A stretch of 34,397 nucleotides of DNA from an uncultured Nitrospinaceae bacterium (GTDB lineage Bacteria > Nitrospinota > Nitrospinia > Nitrospinales > VA-1): contig CAYPQH010000005.1 in assembly GCA_964412825.1 (NCBI GenBank), forward strand, positions 1 to 34,397, read 5' to 3'. The position numbers and the translations under genes are program-made. Under the pieces are notes generated by a model. That model was not told the origin of the DNA, made no database searches, and worked only from the letters and a program-made list of their open reading frames with translations. Shown in pieces: positions 1-9,486 of this stretch; position 1 is the first letter of the stretch, and every line of letters begins with the position of its first letter.

Positions 1-130
1 GCGGGGCATGAAGGCAAAGGTCGAATATCACATGCTCGCAATGACGGTCAAATGATCTCCCAAAAAATTTCTTGATCTTCCTCACCAGTGGCTATCTGTG
101 ATTTCGACCGATCTCTTTTAGAGGTCCCCG

Positions 131-1747
131 TCAATTAAACTGTTTGTATGCGGCACGAAAAGGATAAATCACCCTTATTTTAGGTTGTTCGGTTTTCAGA
201 TAACGGAACCAGGGTTGCACGACAAAACCGATTTTTGCAATCCCGGAATTAAATTTTTTGAAATCTTTTGGGTGATTGCGAATCGCTCCCAGCTCTATTA
301 CCAACGGAGTTCCGTCCGGGAGTGAAAATTTCTTTTCCGCAGTAGCGGCTAAATCAATTTTGACAGAACCGTTGCCTCCCTCTGTCACCACCAATTTTCC
401 CTGGGCAATGGGCCTGGCCCCCTTCCCTTCCGCAAATAAACGCCAGATATATTTTGAATCATAGCCTCGTGCGTGCGCCACTCCGATCACCGGGTCAAGA
501 AACTGAAGGATATCGCGTCCGTTTTCCCGAAAAAAAAGGATGTTCGCCAAAGGCCATTTGACGAGACTCTTTTCGAAGATACTTCCGCTCACACGAACAC
601 AGCGCTCCTGCTTTAAAAAATTTTCCACAGGAATGCGGTTTTCACGAACCAGGAGTTTACGAAACTCCAAAGCCTTTGGGTCCAAAAAATAACAACTGGC
701 AAATGCCAATTGATGATCTCTATCTTGGTCGGAGGGTCCCGACTCGATGGCATCCTCAAGGCGACGAATCATCTCGGATTCAAGTTTGGGATGATAGCCA
801 CGGCTCACTTCGATAATAATACCGGTCGCCCCGGACCAATCATTTTTTGCCATCGCGGCCTCAAAGTCGGCGAGGATTTTATCATGATAACTTTGGTTTT
901 TATCTCCAGAGGAAAAATATTCCTTACCGCCAAATACTTTCTCTTTAAGAAAATTGTAGCGTGCGGGATGGCTGTACTGAAAATATGGATAATGAATATA
1001 AGCGGCGACCGAGTTGGCAAAGTCTTCCTGCATATTTTGCCGTGAATAGGTGGGTAAATGGCGAATCGAAATGGGCGCGTAATTATCCACTTCTGCGGTA
1101 TTCAAAAAGGTATAACGAAAATCGCTATTCGATTTGCCGTCTAAAGATGGAATATTAAGAAGGCGAAATTTTGTCAGCGCCGACCACTCATCGGAAAAGC
1201 TGATGAACCCATGCGTCATATCAAATAAATGAGCCATCTCATGGTGAACGATGTTTTTAAAATTCGTTTCATCTTCATAAAACAGTGGATTATAAAATTC
1301 CGCCCGTGGGTCCTGATCTCCTACAAAAACTTTATAGGATTTTGTTTGTTGCTCGTAAACGGCATTAAAAGCCGGCAAGACAGCGCCGGGGATTTCATCG
1401 GCAGGAATTTTACCGGAGCCGACCATGAGAGCCTCCAAGCGGTAAAGCCCTTTAACCCCCGGCATTCGATAAAAAGTAGGGGGCAGTTCTAAAAACGCTG
1501 CATGCATTCGTTCTATCTCGCCCTTGTGCCAGGCTTGCCCAAACTCCACCAGTTCGTAACCAAAATCCGACTTGAATTTATCCATCAATTTTTGTACTTC
1601 CTGACCGTAATCTCCAGGGTATTCATAAAATTTATTTTTACGGGATTTCTCTTTAGGTTCGGATGCCTGATCTGTATAGTGAAATTGAAATCCGCACAAA
1701 ACTGAAGTCAAAAACAATAGGCCGGTCACGATTAAAATTTTTTTCAT
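131..1747 (-). CDS. Exported putative zinc metallopeptidase (zincin-like, HExxH)
   Basis: 538-aa ORF with an N-terminal signal peptide (MKKILIVTGLLFLTSVLCG). It has an HExxH motif (VHHEMAHLFD) and a downstream YSRQNMQEDFANS segment like the third-ligand Glu region of anthrax-LF/Peptidase_Mx-type zincins. Confidence 0.6.
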   Translation of the reverse strand: MKKILIVTGLLFLTSVLCGFQFHYTDQASEPKEKSRKNKFYEYPGDYGQEVQKLMDKFKSDFGYELVEFGQAWHKGEIERMHAAFLELPPTFYRMPGVKGLYRLEALMVGSGKIPADEIPGAVLPAFNAVYEQQTKSYKVFVGDQDPRAEFYNPLFYEDETNFKNIVHHEMAHLFDMTHGFISFSDEWSALTKFRLLNIPSLDGKSNSDFRYTFLNTAEVDNYAPISIRHLPTYSRQNMQEDFANSVAAYIHYPYFQYSHPARYNFLKEKVFGGKEYFSSGDKNQSYHDKILADFEAAMAKNDWSGATGIIIEVSRGYHPKLESEMIRRLEDAIESGPSDQDRDHQLAFASCYFLDPKALEFRKLLVRENRIPVENFLKQERCVRVSGSIFEKSLVKWPLANILFFRENGRDILQFLDPVIGVAHARGYDSKYIWRLFAEGKGARPIAQGKLVVTEGGNGSVKIDLAATAEKKFSLPDGTPLVIELGAIRNHPKDFKKFNSGIAKIGFVVQPWFRYLKTEQPKIRVIYPFRAAYKQFN

Positions 1748-1953
1748 TAGGCAATGCCTCTAAAATCGGAAAAAGTGGTTTCATTCAGACTATCAAACGG
1801 TCGGATCAAAAGCCAATGGTTGTGTTTCCCTCCCGGATTAAAAAAATTTAATCCAGGTCGCCCCTTTTTTTATTGATGAATTTTTGCAACTTTGGCCCAA
1901 TATACTCATCTTAAACAGATAAATTTCACTCAAAGAAAAAGGAGATTGTATAA

Positions 1954-2427
1954 ATGGCGCAGTTACCTGGAATTGACGAAAAATTGATCAAGTTAAACCC
2001 CGATTGGACGGTGGAAAATGCCGGTTCCACTCCTCTGGAAAAAGAAGTTTCTGTTAATGATTTCAAAGGAAAGCGTCTGGTTGTGACTTTACCCGGAGCG
2101 GGTGGGTTTTGTAACAAAGAACTGGACCTGATTAAAGAAAATATGGGCAAGTTCAAGGAAGCGGGAGCCGATGAGGTCGTTATTGTGGTGGGCACAGATG
2201 TTCTGAGCAACGCGGGACATGGATTGCCAAATCTCCTGCAAGACCCCGATCAGGCGTTCGCTAAGGCCAATAAATTGAATCTGGAAGGAGTGCGTAGCCG
2301 GTATCTGAATCGATCTGCCATTGCCGTTGACGCAAGCGGAAACCAGGTTGGCCGCGAAGATGCGGAATTGCTCGCCTGCCGGACGATTAATGGTTTAGTG
2401 GATGTTGCTAAAAAGGCATTTTCCTAA
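1954..2427 (+). CDS. Redoxin / peroxiredoxin-5-like protein with atypical active-site motif
   Basis: Strong RBS (aaggag) upstream. FKGKRLVVTLPGAGGFC resembles Prx5 FKGKKVVLFxxPGAFTPTC. FKEAGADEVV, QDPDQAFAKA and NRSAIAVD match the Prx5 layout. Confidence 0.65.
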   Translation: MAQLPGIDEKLIKLNPDWTVENAGSTPLEKEVSVNDFKGKRLVVTLPGAGGFCNKELDLIKENMGKFKEAGADEVVIVVGTDVLSNAGHGLPNLLQDPDQAFAKANKLNLEGVRSRYLNRSAIAVDASGNQVGREDAELLACRTINGLVDVAKKAFS

Positions 2428-2571
2428 GAGCTTTTGAAAACCCATACACCTCTAAAGCCCTCTGCCCTTTGCGGCGGAGATTCGCTTCTTTCTGACGTTT
2501 CACAATGAGAGGCAAGATGATTATTCACGCTTCTTTTTGATGGGAAATAAGGGTTCTCTTCATTTTTATAT

Positions 2572-2602
2572 AAAAAAACCCAGGAACCTTTTGGTTCCTG
2601 GG
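2572..2602 (-). terminator. Rho-independent terminator of the PG-binding protein gene
   Basis: Perfect 10-bp stem cccaggaacc-tttt-ggttcctggg (2579-2602) preceded on + by A7 (2572-2578), i.e. a hairpin then a U-tract on the minus strand, 30 nt after the stop at 2632. Confidence 0.8.
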
Positions 2603-2631
2603 CATAAAATTCGTCTTGAGGGTTTTCAGGT

Positions 2632-3033
2632 TTAACCTTTGTGACGCCCCCACGCAATATTTCCATCTGCGGCATCGGGTCCGGTATCTTCTTCAGAAAA
2701 CGCAGGAGTGTTTAGCATGGGAACCGCCTTCGCCATTGATTCTGGCTCACTTGCACTTCCCAACAAACCGCTTCTGGTGGGACCGTCGATTTGCCCATTT
2801 GCCGTTAACCCCGCGCTTTCTTGAAACTTCATGACCGCCGCTTTGGTTTTTGATCCCCATATTCCATCAATCGAACCGGGATCAAACCCTTTTTCAGTCA
2901 GCGCTTCTTGAACCATCCTTGTCATGCTATCGGCAAACGAATTAGAAATACCGCCTTGGAAAAACAGCGCAATAAACACTAAACCAATTACGAACCCGGA
3001 AGCTTTGGATTTTAAAAACATGGAAACTTTCAT
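2632..3033 (-). CDS. Exported peptidoglycan-binding domain (PG_binding_1) protein
   Basis: RBS aaggaggag and a signal-peptide-like N-terminus. VQEALTEKGFDPGSIDGIWGSKTKAAVMKFQESAGLTANGQIDGPT is a typical PG_binding_1 motif. Confidence 0.85.
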   Translation of the reverse strand: MKVSMFLKSKASGFVIGLVFIALFFQGGISNSFADSMTRMVQEALTEKGFDPGSIDGIWGSKTKAAVMKFQESAGLTANGQIDGPTRSGLLGSASEPESMAKAVPMLNTPAFSEEDTGPDAADGNIAWGRHKG

Positions 3034-3207
3034 TTCTCCTCCTTGAATTGAGATTTATTCTTTAAAATAAAAAGGGCATCCAAATTGGATGTAAAATTTT
3101 AAGGGATTGTAATCTATACCATATATTCATATTCAGATGCCAGTACATTTTTCATAAGAATACAGGTTTGACATCCCCCCTCAAGGTCACCCTTTCTGGA
3201 GCAGATT

Positions 3208-4779
3208 TTATTCGCTGGAAGATGATTTTGGAAAAAAAACCACGAAGGGTTTTTCCATAAAGCCGAGAGAATAATTTTCTTTCAGCAAGGTCAGAAAGTC
3301 CGGCGGAAAATGGACTCCCCCATAGAACTTTTTGGCTCCGAGAACAAAGTGATTTTCCATAGCGCTTTGTATTTCGGATTCAGGAACGCCTGAAAAATCC
3401 ATAAGAATCACCGACTGAAAGAATTTATTTTCCATCTTTTGGCTAAAATCTCTTAAAATCTCCGGGCGGGTCAAGGACAAACGCCTTAAAGCAAAAGCAT
3501 CTAAAAGCACAGGTCTTTGGTTCATTAATATGGGAACCAGTGGGTTTTCACTCAAAATATATTCGGGATCTTTCCCCAACCCCGCAATGACCCGTTCCAC
3601 AGTTTGGCGAGTGGGTTTTCCTCCCCCGGCTTCCATAAACTTTTTGATGGAGATCGTTCCAGGCAACCAGGTGAATATCAGCCCGGCTGTCAACAAAAGG
3701 AACAAACTATTCCAGATTCTGGGAGTACAGGCATGCTTGTGAAATTGAATGCCCAACACCAAAATGCAAGCCACGATCAGGTCCAGCATGTGGTTGTAAT
3801 CCGTGCCGGGGGATGTGAGAATGAACAGGGTGAATCCCATGACAATGAAAAAATAAAACTTTGGGAATGATTCACGCAAAGGAGTCTGGTCTCTAAAAAC
3901 AAAATATAATGTAAAACCAAACAGCAGAAGAAAAAAAGGATCGCGCCCCAATTGCATCAAGAACCATAACGGAAATTTAAAAAAATAATCCCAATGGACG
4001 GGCCCTTGCCCAAAGGACATGAAGGAGGATAGTATCCTCCCATCGCTCACCTCGTAAGAAACCCAAAGGGCTCCTAATATCAAACATCCCGTTCCGGTTA
4101 TCAATTGAAACATGGTTCGCGATCTTTGATGCATCCAGAGAAAAATACAAACCGCCGTCAACCCCATCAGGGAACTGAATTTAGTCAAAAATGACCCGGC
4201 AAAACCAAGTGCGCTCAAAATGAGAAAAAAAGAGGAATCTTTTTTCAGGAGCTTGAGAGCAAAAACAATTCCAAAAACATTGAGGGCGCAGGAAAGAAAT
4301 TCCCCCATGATTTCCAAAGTTAATAATTGATAAGTAATGCAGACGGTTGTCAGAATGGAAAATGCGGTGGACAAAAATACTTGCAACTTCAACTGGCGAA
4401 ACAAAAAATAGATCCCCAGGTTCAATGAAACTGCAGAAACCAGAACCAAAGAAAACCCTGTGAGGACAGGATCGTTGAAAATTCGGATCAATATTCCGTG
4501 CAGGGTAAAAAATAAAAATAAGTAACGCGTTCCCCCGTATCCAAAATCATCAAACACGGGCCGGTAAAAAATTCCCCTGGAAAAATCATATGCCAAAGCG
4601 GTCCAAACCCCGCCCGTGGCCCCCATCGGGATAGCGTCCGGGTGATACCAGACTAAAAGAAAAATTAAATTGAGAAAACTGAACGTTGCCGCAATGCCCA
4701 ATAAATATCTGGAATATTGAAAGGGTCCGTGACGCTCCGAGCTGAATATGGATTGAAGGCTGAATTTCATATTGGACAA
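3208..4779 (-). CDS. Polytopic membrane protein, probable GT-C fold glycosyltransferase (ArnT/PMT_2-like)
   Basis: 523 aa with many hydrophobic segments, an N-terminal extracytoplasmic loop (GIFYRPVFDDFGYGGTRY), an FLTKFS motif typical of GT-C enzymes and a C-terminal soluble domain. The start may be the ATG at 4770. Confidence 0.5.
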   Translation of the reverse strand: MSNMKFSLQSIFSSERHGPFQYSRYLLGIAATFSFLNLIFLLVWYHPDAIPMGATGGVWTALAYDFSRGIFYRPVFDDFGYGGTRYLFLFFTLHGILIRIFNDPVLTGFSLVLVSAVSLNLGIYFLFRQLKLQVFLSTAFSILTTVCITYQLLTLEIMGEFLSCALNVFGIVFALKLLKKDSSFFLILSALGFAGSFLTKFSSLMGLTAVCIFLWMHQRSRTMFQLITGTGCLILGALWVSYEVSDGRILSSFMSFGQGPVHWDYFFKFPLWFLMQLGRDPFFLLLFGFTLYFVFRDQTPLRESFPKFYFFIVMGFTLFILTSPGTDYNHMLDLIVACILVLGIQFHKHACTPRIWNSLFLLLTAGLIFTWLPGTISIKKFMEAGGGKPTRQTVERVIAGLGKDPEYILSENPLVPILMNQRPVLLDAFALRRLSLTRPEILRDFSQKMENKFFQSVILMDFSGVPESEIQSAMENHFVLGAKKFYGGVHFPPDFLTLLKENYSLGFMEKPFVVFFPKSSSSE

Positions 4780-4951
4780 ACTTGTTCCATTATGGACTCG
4801 TTGTGTAAATGCAGTTTTTCTGATTGATCAAAATTATGAAGGTTGTAATTATAGTATAAACATGATTTATGAACCACTGGGTAATCGAGGAGGCTATTTT
4901 CACGTCTTTGCTTATCATTTATCAATTAAAATCAGAGGACTGAGCAAATAA

Positions 4952-5554
4952 ATGGCGCCCTGGATAGAAAATATATCTTCAAAAATAAAAACCCGATGTT
5001 TGCTTTACGCCTGGATGCTGGGGTTTTACCTGCCGCCAGATCGAAAAGTTCTTGAGGAGACCATTCTTCCCTATTATGCAAAGAAGTTTGACGGAGGCCG
5101 GATTCTATTTGTGGGCGTGAGAGCCTACGTTTTTCACTATAAACGAATATTTCAAAATTGCGAATACATCACGATTGACAACAGACCTTCCAGCCGTTTA
5201 TTTGGAGCCGAAAACCACCGGGTGGGCCGAATCGAAAACCTGGGAGATTATTTTGCGCCTGAATATTTTGACCTGATAGTTATGAACGGGGTAATCGGAT
5301 GGGGACTCAATGACGAACGCTTAATAAATCAAGGACTGGAAGTTTGTTTTGAACGCTTGAAACCGGGGGGAGAACTTTTGCTGGGAATCAATGAAGAATT
5401 GCCTGCGGTTCCGGAAATTTCCGCGATAAAATCTTTAGACCTGTTTGATTCGACCAACTTCCCCCCTCTGGCTGTGCATTGCCATAAAGTCCAGACTCCC
5501 TTCGACGAAAAGAGTCACAGTTATTTTTTCTTCAAAAAACCTGTTAAACGCTAA
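4952..5554 (+). CDS. Class I SAM-dependent methyltransferase-like protein
   Basis: Motif I-like ILFVGV, YITID, FDLIVMNGV and LKPGGELLLG. Confidence 0.7.
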   Translation: MAPWIENISSKIKTRCLLYAWMLGFYLPPDRKVLEETILPYYAKKFDGGRILFVGVRAYVFHYKRIFQNCEYITIDNRPSSRLFGAENHRVGRIENLGDYFAPEYFDLIVMNGVIGWGLNDERLINQGLEVCFERLKPGGELLLGINEELPAVPEISAIKSLDLFDSTNFPPLAVHCHKVQTPFDEKSHSYFFFKKPVKR

Positions 5555-5786
5555 AAGTTTCAGTCCCTTCTCCGTTGTTAAAAATTAAACTATGATAAAA
5601 TAAAGTATTGAAATACTTCATCACCATTACCATTGAGGGAGATGATGAGTTTACCAAACTAACCGCCGAAATGTCTTCCGCAACCTCGGACTGACGAGTG
5701 ACAAGAAATTCCCGTGCACAAAACCGCCCTGCCAGAAAAAAAATTTCGTGGAAGCGCGGGTTTTTAATCTTTTTTAATACTCAGTA

Positions 5787-7016
5787 ATGAAAACCATCCA
5801 TCGATACCTGTTTATAGAATTGTTAAAAATATTCTCCATTAGTGTCGTCTTCCTGACGACCATTTTTTTGCTTGAACAAATGCTGTACATGTCGCAGATG
5901 ATCGCCAACCGGGGAATGACTTTTTTGGAAGGTTTGAAATTGATGGCTTTCACCTGTCCGGTATTCCTGACGATCAGCTTGCCGTTCAGCGTGTTGGTGG
6001 CCTCAGTTGCTTTGTTCAACCAGGTCTGCGGGGATAATGAATACGTCGCGATGAAAACAAGCGGCTGGAGTTTTTTTTTCTTGCTGCGACCGGTCATCCT
6101 TTTTTCCGTTATAGTTTATCTGGCAACCAATTTTGTTGTATTTTACGCCACCCCCTGGGGAACGCACTCCTTTAGAGAAACGATTTTCAATATTGTTAAA
6201 AACCGGGCTCACATTGACATCAAACCTAAAACCTTCAATAGAGATTTCCAAAACCTTGTCTTGTATGCAAACGATAAAAAAGCCGGCAATATATTGATCG
6301 ACGTTTTTGTTTCAGATAAATCCAAAGAAGGCGATTCAACAATTATTTTAGCTAAACAGGGAATCATTATTGCCGATCCTAAAACATTCAAAATTAAACT
6401 TCAATTTCAGGATGGGACCGTCCACGATGTGACAAAGGATGGGAAAAGTTACAATATTCTCGACTTTGACCGGTACGAACGATATCTGGAAATCCCGGAT
6501 GTTGAAAGGTTGAAAAAAAAACTCACCGTAAGACATAAGGACATTTCTTACGGGGAATTAGTAAAAAAAATCGCGAACGATAAAGCAGAAGGAAAAAACA
6601 CGGACCGCGATGAGGTTCGGCTCAGTAAGAAATTTTCCATTCCGTTCGCCTGTCTGATTTTTGGGGTGCTGGGGGCAACTCTGGGAGTCAAATCAAATCG
6701 TTCAGGAAAGTCCGGCGGGATGATCGTCAGCATCTTCGTCGTGGCGCTGTATTATATCACCATGATATTTTCCCAAAATCTGGGGGCTCACGGTTTGATA
6801 AACCCCATTTTCTCCATGTGGATACCCAATATCTGGGTGTCTGTCCTGGCACTTTACATGGTCTGGAAAACGGTCCGTGAAACCCCATTCACATTTTTTA
6901 CCAATTGTGAGAATTTATTCATAGGTGGGTACGAGTTTTTCCGAAGTTATTATAAACGGTTTACTTCAAGAAAAAAGCGTCCAAAGGCATCGCTTCCTTT
7001 TAAAAATATTGGATAA
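5787..7016 (+). CDS. lptF: LptF/LptG family permease (LptF-like)
   Basis: MKTIHRYLFIELLKIF start, ISLPFSVL and DNEYVAMKTSGWS motifs, a central beta-rich periplasmic domain, KKFSIPFACLIFGVLGATLG...RSGKSGG and a C-terminal MWIPN, in a 3+3 TM layout. Confidence 0.85.
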   Translation: MKTIHRYLFIELLKIFSISVVFLTTIFLLEQMLYMSQMIANRGMTFLEGLKLMAFTCPVFLTISLPFSVLVASVALFNQVCGDNEYVAMKTSGWSFFFLLRPVILFSVIVYLATNFVVFYATPWGTHSFRETIFNIVKNRAHIDIKPKTFNRDFQNLVLYANDKKAGNILIDVFVSDKSKEGDSTIILAKQGIIIADPKTFKIKLQFQDGTVHDVTKDGKSYNILDFDRYERYLEIPDVERLKKKLTVRHKDISYGELVKKIANDKAEGKNTDRDEVRLSKKFSIPFACLIFGVLGATLGVKSNRSGKSGGMIVSIFVVALYYITMIFSQNLGAHGLINPIFSMWIPNIWVSVLALYMVWKTVRETPFTFFTNCENLFIGGYEFFRSYYKRFTSRKKRPKASLPFKNIG

Positions 7017-7071
7017 AAATTGACTGCCATTCGGATCTGGCCTCACCTTGCGCCCTATTCCATCCCTGGGT

Positions 7072-7932
7072 TCAATTTTTCTGCATTTCTTCTTCCTCTG
7101 CGTTTCCTTTTTTTTTCAAAGAAATTTGTTTCTTTAGTTCGTGACGGGCAAGTACAGCAAAAAGAAAAGCGTCATAACTTTCTCTGAGTTCGTTAAAATC
7201 GTGATCCAGCCAGCTCGGAATTGATAATAAGTGGGGAATCCCGTACAGAGAAAAGTTAAAGAGCATTAAAACCCCGATCCACAGAGGCGGTACGGGCAGT
7301 CCCCTCCTGGAAATTTCCCTGCCGGCCCGCAAAGAATACCGGTTTACCAAAGGCAGAATCAGGCAAAAGGAAAACCAGAATGAGAAAAACCAGGTATCGA
7401 CGTCCATCAATATAGATAGGATCGGCCTTTCCTCGTTTTCCAGAGGATTTCCCTGACGATATCTCATGTCATTAAATATATTGAAATTGTGAAAATTTAT
7501 CTCTCTTTGGCTGTTCTTTTCCTGAAAAAATACGGGCGATGGTACTTGAAATATCCTTTGCCCCCAACTGATTTCCTCACCACAACCGATAAAAAATATT
7601 ATCGCCAGAAAAAGATAAAATTTATTTTTTTTCGGACAGGGAGCATCCTTGCCCGATCGGGATGAGAATCGATAGCACAAAAAAAACAGGACGGATGCTG
7701 TTAAAAAGAAAAAAGCCCCCAGGTATTCTATCAGGCGATCTTCGCCCCTGATAGGTTCCAGTTCGTCCCATAGCGCGGCAATTAAAATATACCCACTGAG
7801 AATAAACAGGCCAATCAGGACTATTTTTAAATTATTTCCTTTTTCAAGTATAGTCCTCAAGCTTTTCAAGATTGCGCCTGAAGGTTTGTCTTTAAAGTTT
7901 TTCACACTCTTTTTTCTTTCATCAACAGTCAA
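7072..7932 (-). CDS. Uncharacterised polytopic membrane protein (EEISWGQR family)
   Basis: Hydrophobic protein with EDRLIE, GEEISWGQRIF and NSQREINFHN motifs shared with 29949..30911. TTG start uncertain. Confidence 0.7.
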   Translation of the reverse strand: MTVDERKKSVKNFKDKPSGAILKSLRTILEKGNNLKIVLIGLFILSGYILIAALWDELEPIRGEDRLIEYLGAFFFLTASVLFFLCYRFSSRSGKDAPCPKKNKFYLFLAIIFFIGCGEEISWGQRIFQVPSPVFFQEKNSQREINFHNFNIFNDMRYRQGNPLENEERPILSILMDVDTWFFSFWFSFCLILPLVNRYSLRAGREISRRGLPVPPLWIGVLMLFNFSLYGIPHLLSIPSWLDHDFNELRESYDAFLFAVLARHELKKQISLKKKGNAEEEEMQKN

Positions 7933-8090
7933 TTTTGATCACCAACCGGGGTTTCAATTCACCAAGCGCCAGGACCGAAAACACGAGCCGCATTACTCTC
8001 CACTATTTCCATAAAAGTTTCCTTTCATAAAATACGTTCTTTGCCAGGCCCTTGATAAAAATTGAAGGTAAAACTTCCCTGCCAAAAAAT

Positions 8091-9371
8091 TTAATCTGAA
8101 GAACCTTTTGCCCAAGCAGAAAATACCACACATGCTTTTCCTTTAGGGTGTTTACATTCCTGCTCGGTGGAACGAGGCTCAATGACCGCAAAGCGAGTTT
8201 CACCGGATTGCAAATAATCCACCGCAATAAATCCTCCTGTTTTTCTGTTGGTGTGAGAAAAAAGCATCCCCTCACCCTGCCCCACCCTCGTCGCCCCCAA
8301 AGCCGACCCGGCACCACTGACCAGATGAAACATGCCCTTCCCGCCTTTGATGATCTGCAGACTGTGGTCGTGTCCTGCCGCGTAGATCAATGGAGTTGTT
8401 ATTTTTTCATAAGCCCTCTCAATAGCCTTCTCGATTTTCACTCGCATATTTTTGTAAACGGGGTTGTGCAAATCCTGACGGCCTGCAAAAACAGATTTTC
8501 GGATCATTTGTCGAGCAAGATGGATGGGACGGACCAGATCTCCCAGAGAATAATACCCTCCGTGGGTTCCATAGGATTTCAGGGGATGATGCGCCACCAG
8601 TAGGATGTGACGTTGTTTACTCGATTCCTCTTTAATGGTTTTTTCAAGGGAAGCAATGACTCCCGTTTCAGTCACTTGTTTGCATTCAGAAACATTGTCA
8701 CCCGCAACCGGTTTTTTGTATTCATGGAGCCACCATTGCGTGTCGAGCGCAATCAGCGCGACCTCCACCTTTGCTCCCAACAAAGGAACCGTGACAGGAC
8801 CGGGGCAACCATTTTTGGGAACCAGATCAACATTCGCCTTTTTCGTTTTTCGCCAATTGGTTAAATGTTTTCTCAGGTTATTGACCCGTTTCCAGCCTTT
8901 TCGGCCTCCATTATCCCAATCATGATTGCCCGGAACAAAAAGCCCCCTCGCACCGCTTCTTTTCAACACTCCGATCTGCGCGTCGATCCTTTGTTCTGCA
9001 CAGGCCCGGCTTTCGCAGGCTTTGTCGATACCGAAAAAGTTCTGGTCCTCATCGGGTAATCCTGCATCATAAATATTATCCCCCAAAAAAACGATGGCCG
9101 TACGATCTGGAGCCAATTCCGCAAAATATTCAAGCGTCTTCAAAAGAGGAGACGGCGCGGGACTTTTGTTGTCATTTACAACGAGAGCACCCGCATCCCC
9201 AACCAGAAGAACCCTGTAGCCTACCTCGCCCTTTTCAAGGGGTGCCTGCAAACACGGTTCGTCTTGACAATACACGTGGGAGTCATCAGAGGGAGAACCA
9301 CTGCAGGAAGCGATGGCGATCAGCGTTGAGGATACTGCAATATTTACGATTTTAGTTATAATAGGAAACAA
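8091..9371 (-). CDS. Calcineurin-like metallophosphoesterase, probable lipoprotein
   Basis: Complete metal-ligand motif set VGDAG, FLGDNIY, PGNHDW, VAHHP and AGHDH. Lipobox-like LIAIASC near the N-terminus. Confidence 0.85.
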   Translation of the reverse strand: MFPIITKIVNIAVSSTLIAIASCSGSPSDDSHVYCQDEPCLQAPLEKGEVGYRVLLVGDAGALVVNDNKSPAPSPLLKTLEYFAELAPDRTAIVFLGDNIYDAGLPDEDQNFFGIDKACESRACAEQRIDAQIGVLKRSGARGLFVPGNHDWDNGGRKGWKRVNNLRKHLTNWRKTKKANVDLVPKNGCPGPVTVPLLGAKVEVALIALDTQWWLHEYKKPVAGDNVSECKQVTETGVIASLEKTIKEESSKQRHILLVAHHPLKSYGTHGGYYSLGDLVRPIHLARQMIRKSVFAGRQDLHNPVYKNMRVKIEKAIERAYEKITTPLIYAAGHDHSLQIIKGGKGMFHLVSGAGSALGATRVGQGEGMLFSHTNRKTGGFIAVDYLQSGETRFAVIEPRSTEQECKHPKGKACVVFSAWAKGSSD

Positions 9372-9486
9372 TTTTTCTCGATTAGGAAAATAACCATTAT
9401 TTCATAAAAAAATCTGAATATAAGGTAGAATCTTAGGGAGCGCAAGCTTGAGACTCTAATCACAAATTAATTTCTTACGAATCATT

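Noticed and set aside
1-130. Possible truncated gene start at the left edge
   Set aside because: Too short to establish a reading frame or product.
5685-5715. ctgacgag...gaaa resembling a hammerhead ribozyme core in the lptF leader
   Set aside because: No stem II can form between CUGACGA and GAAA (the closing G-C pair is missing) and I found no convincing stems I/III.
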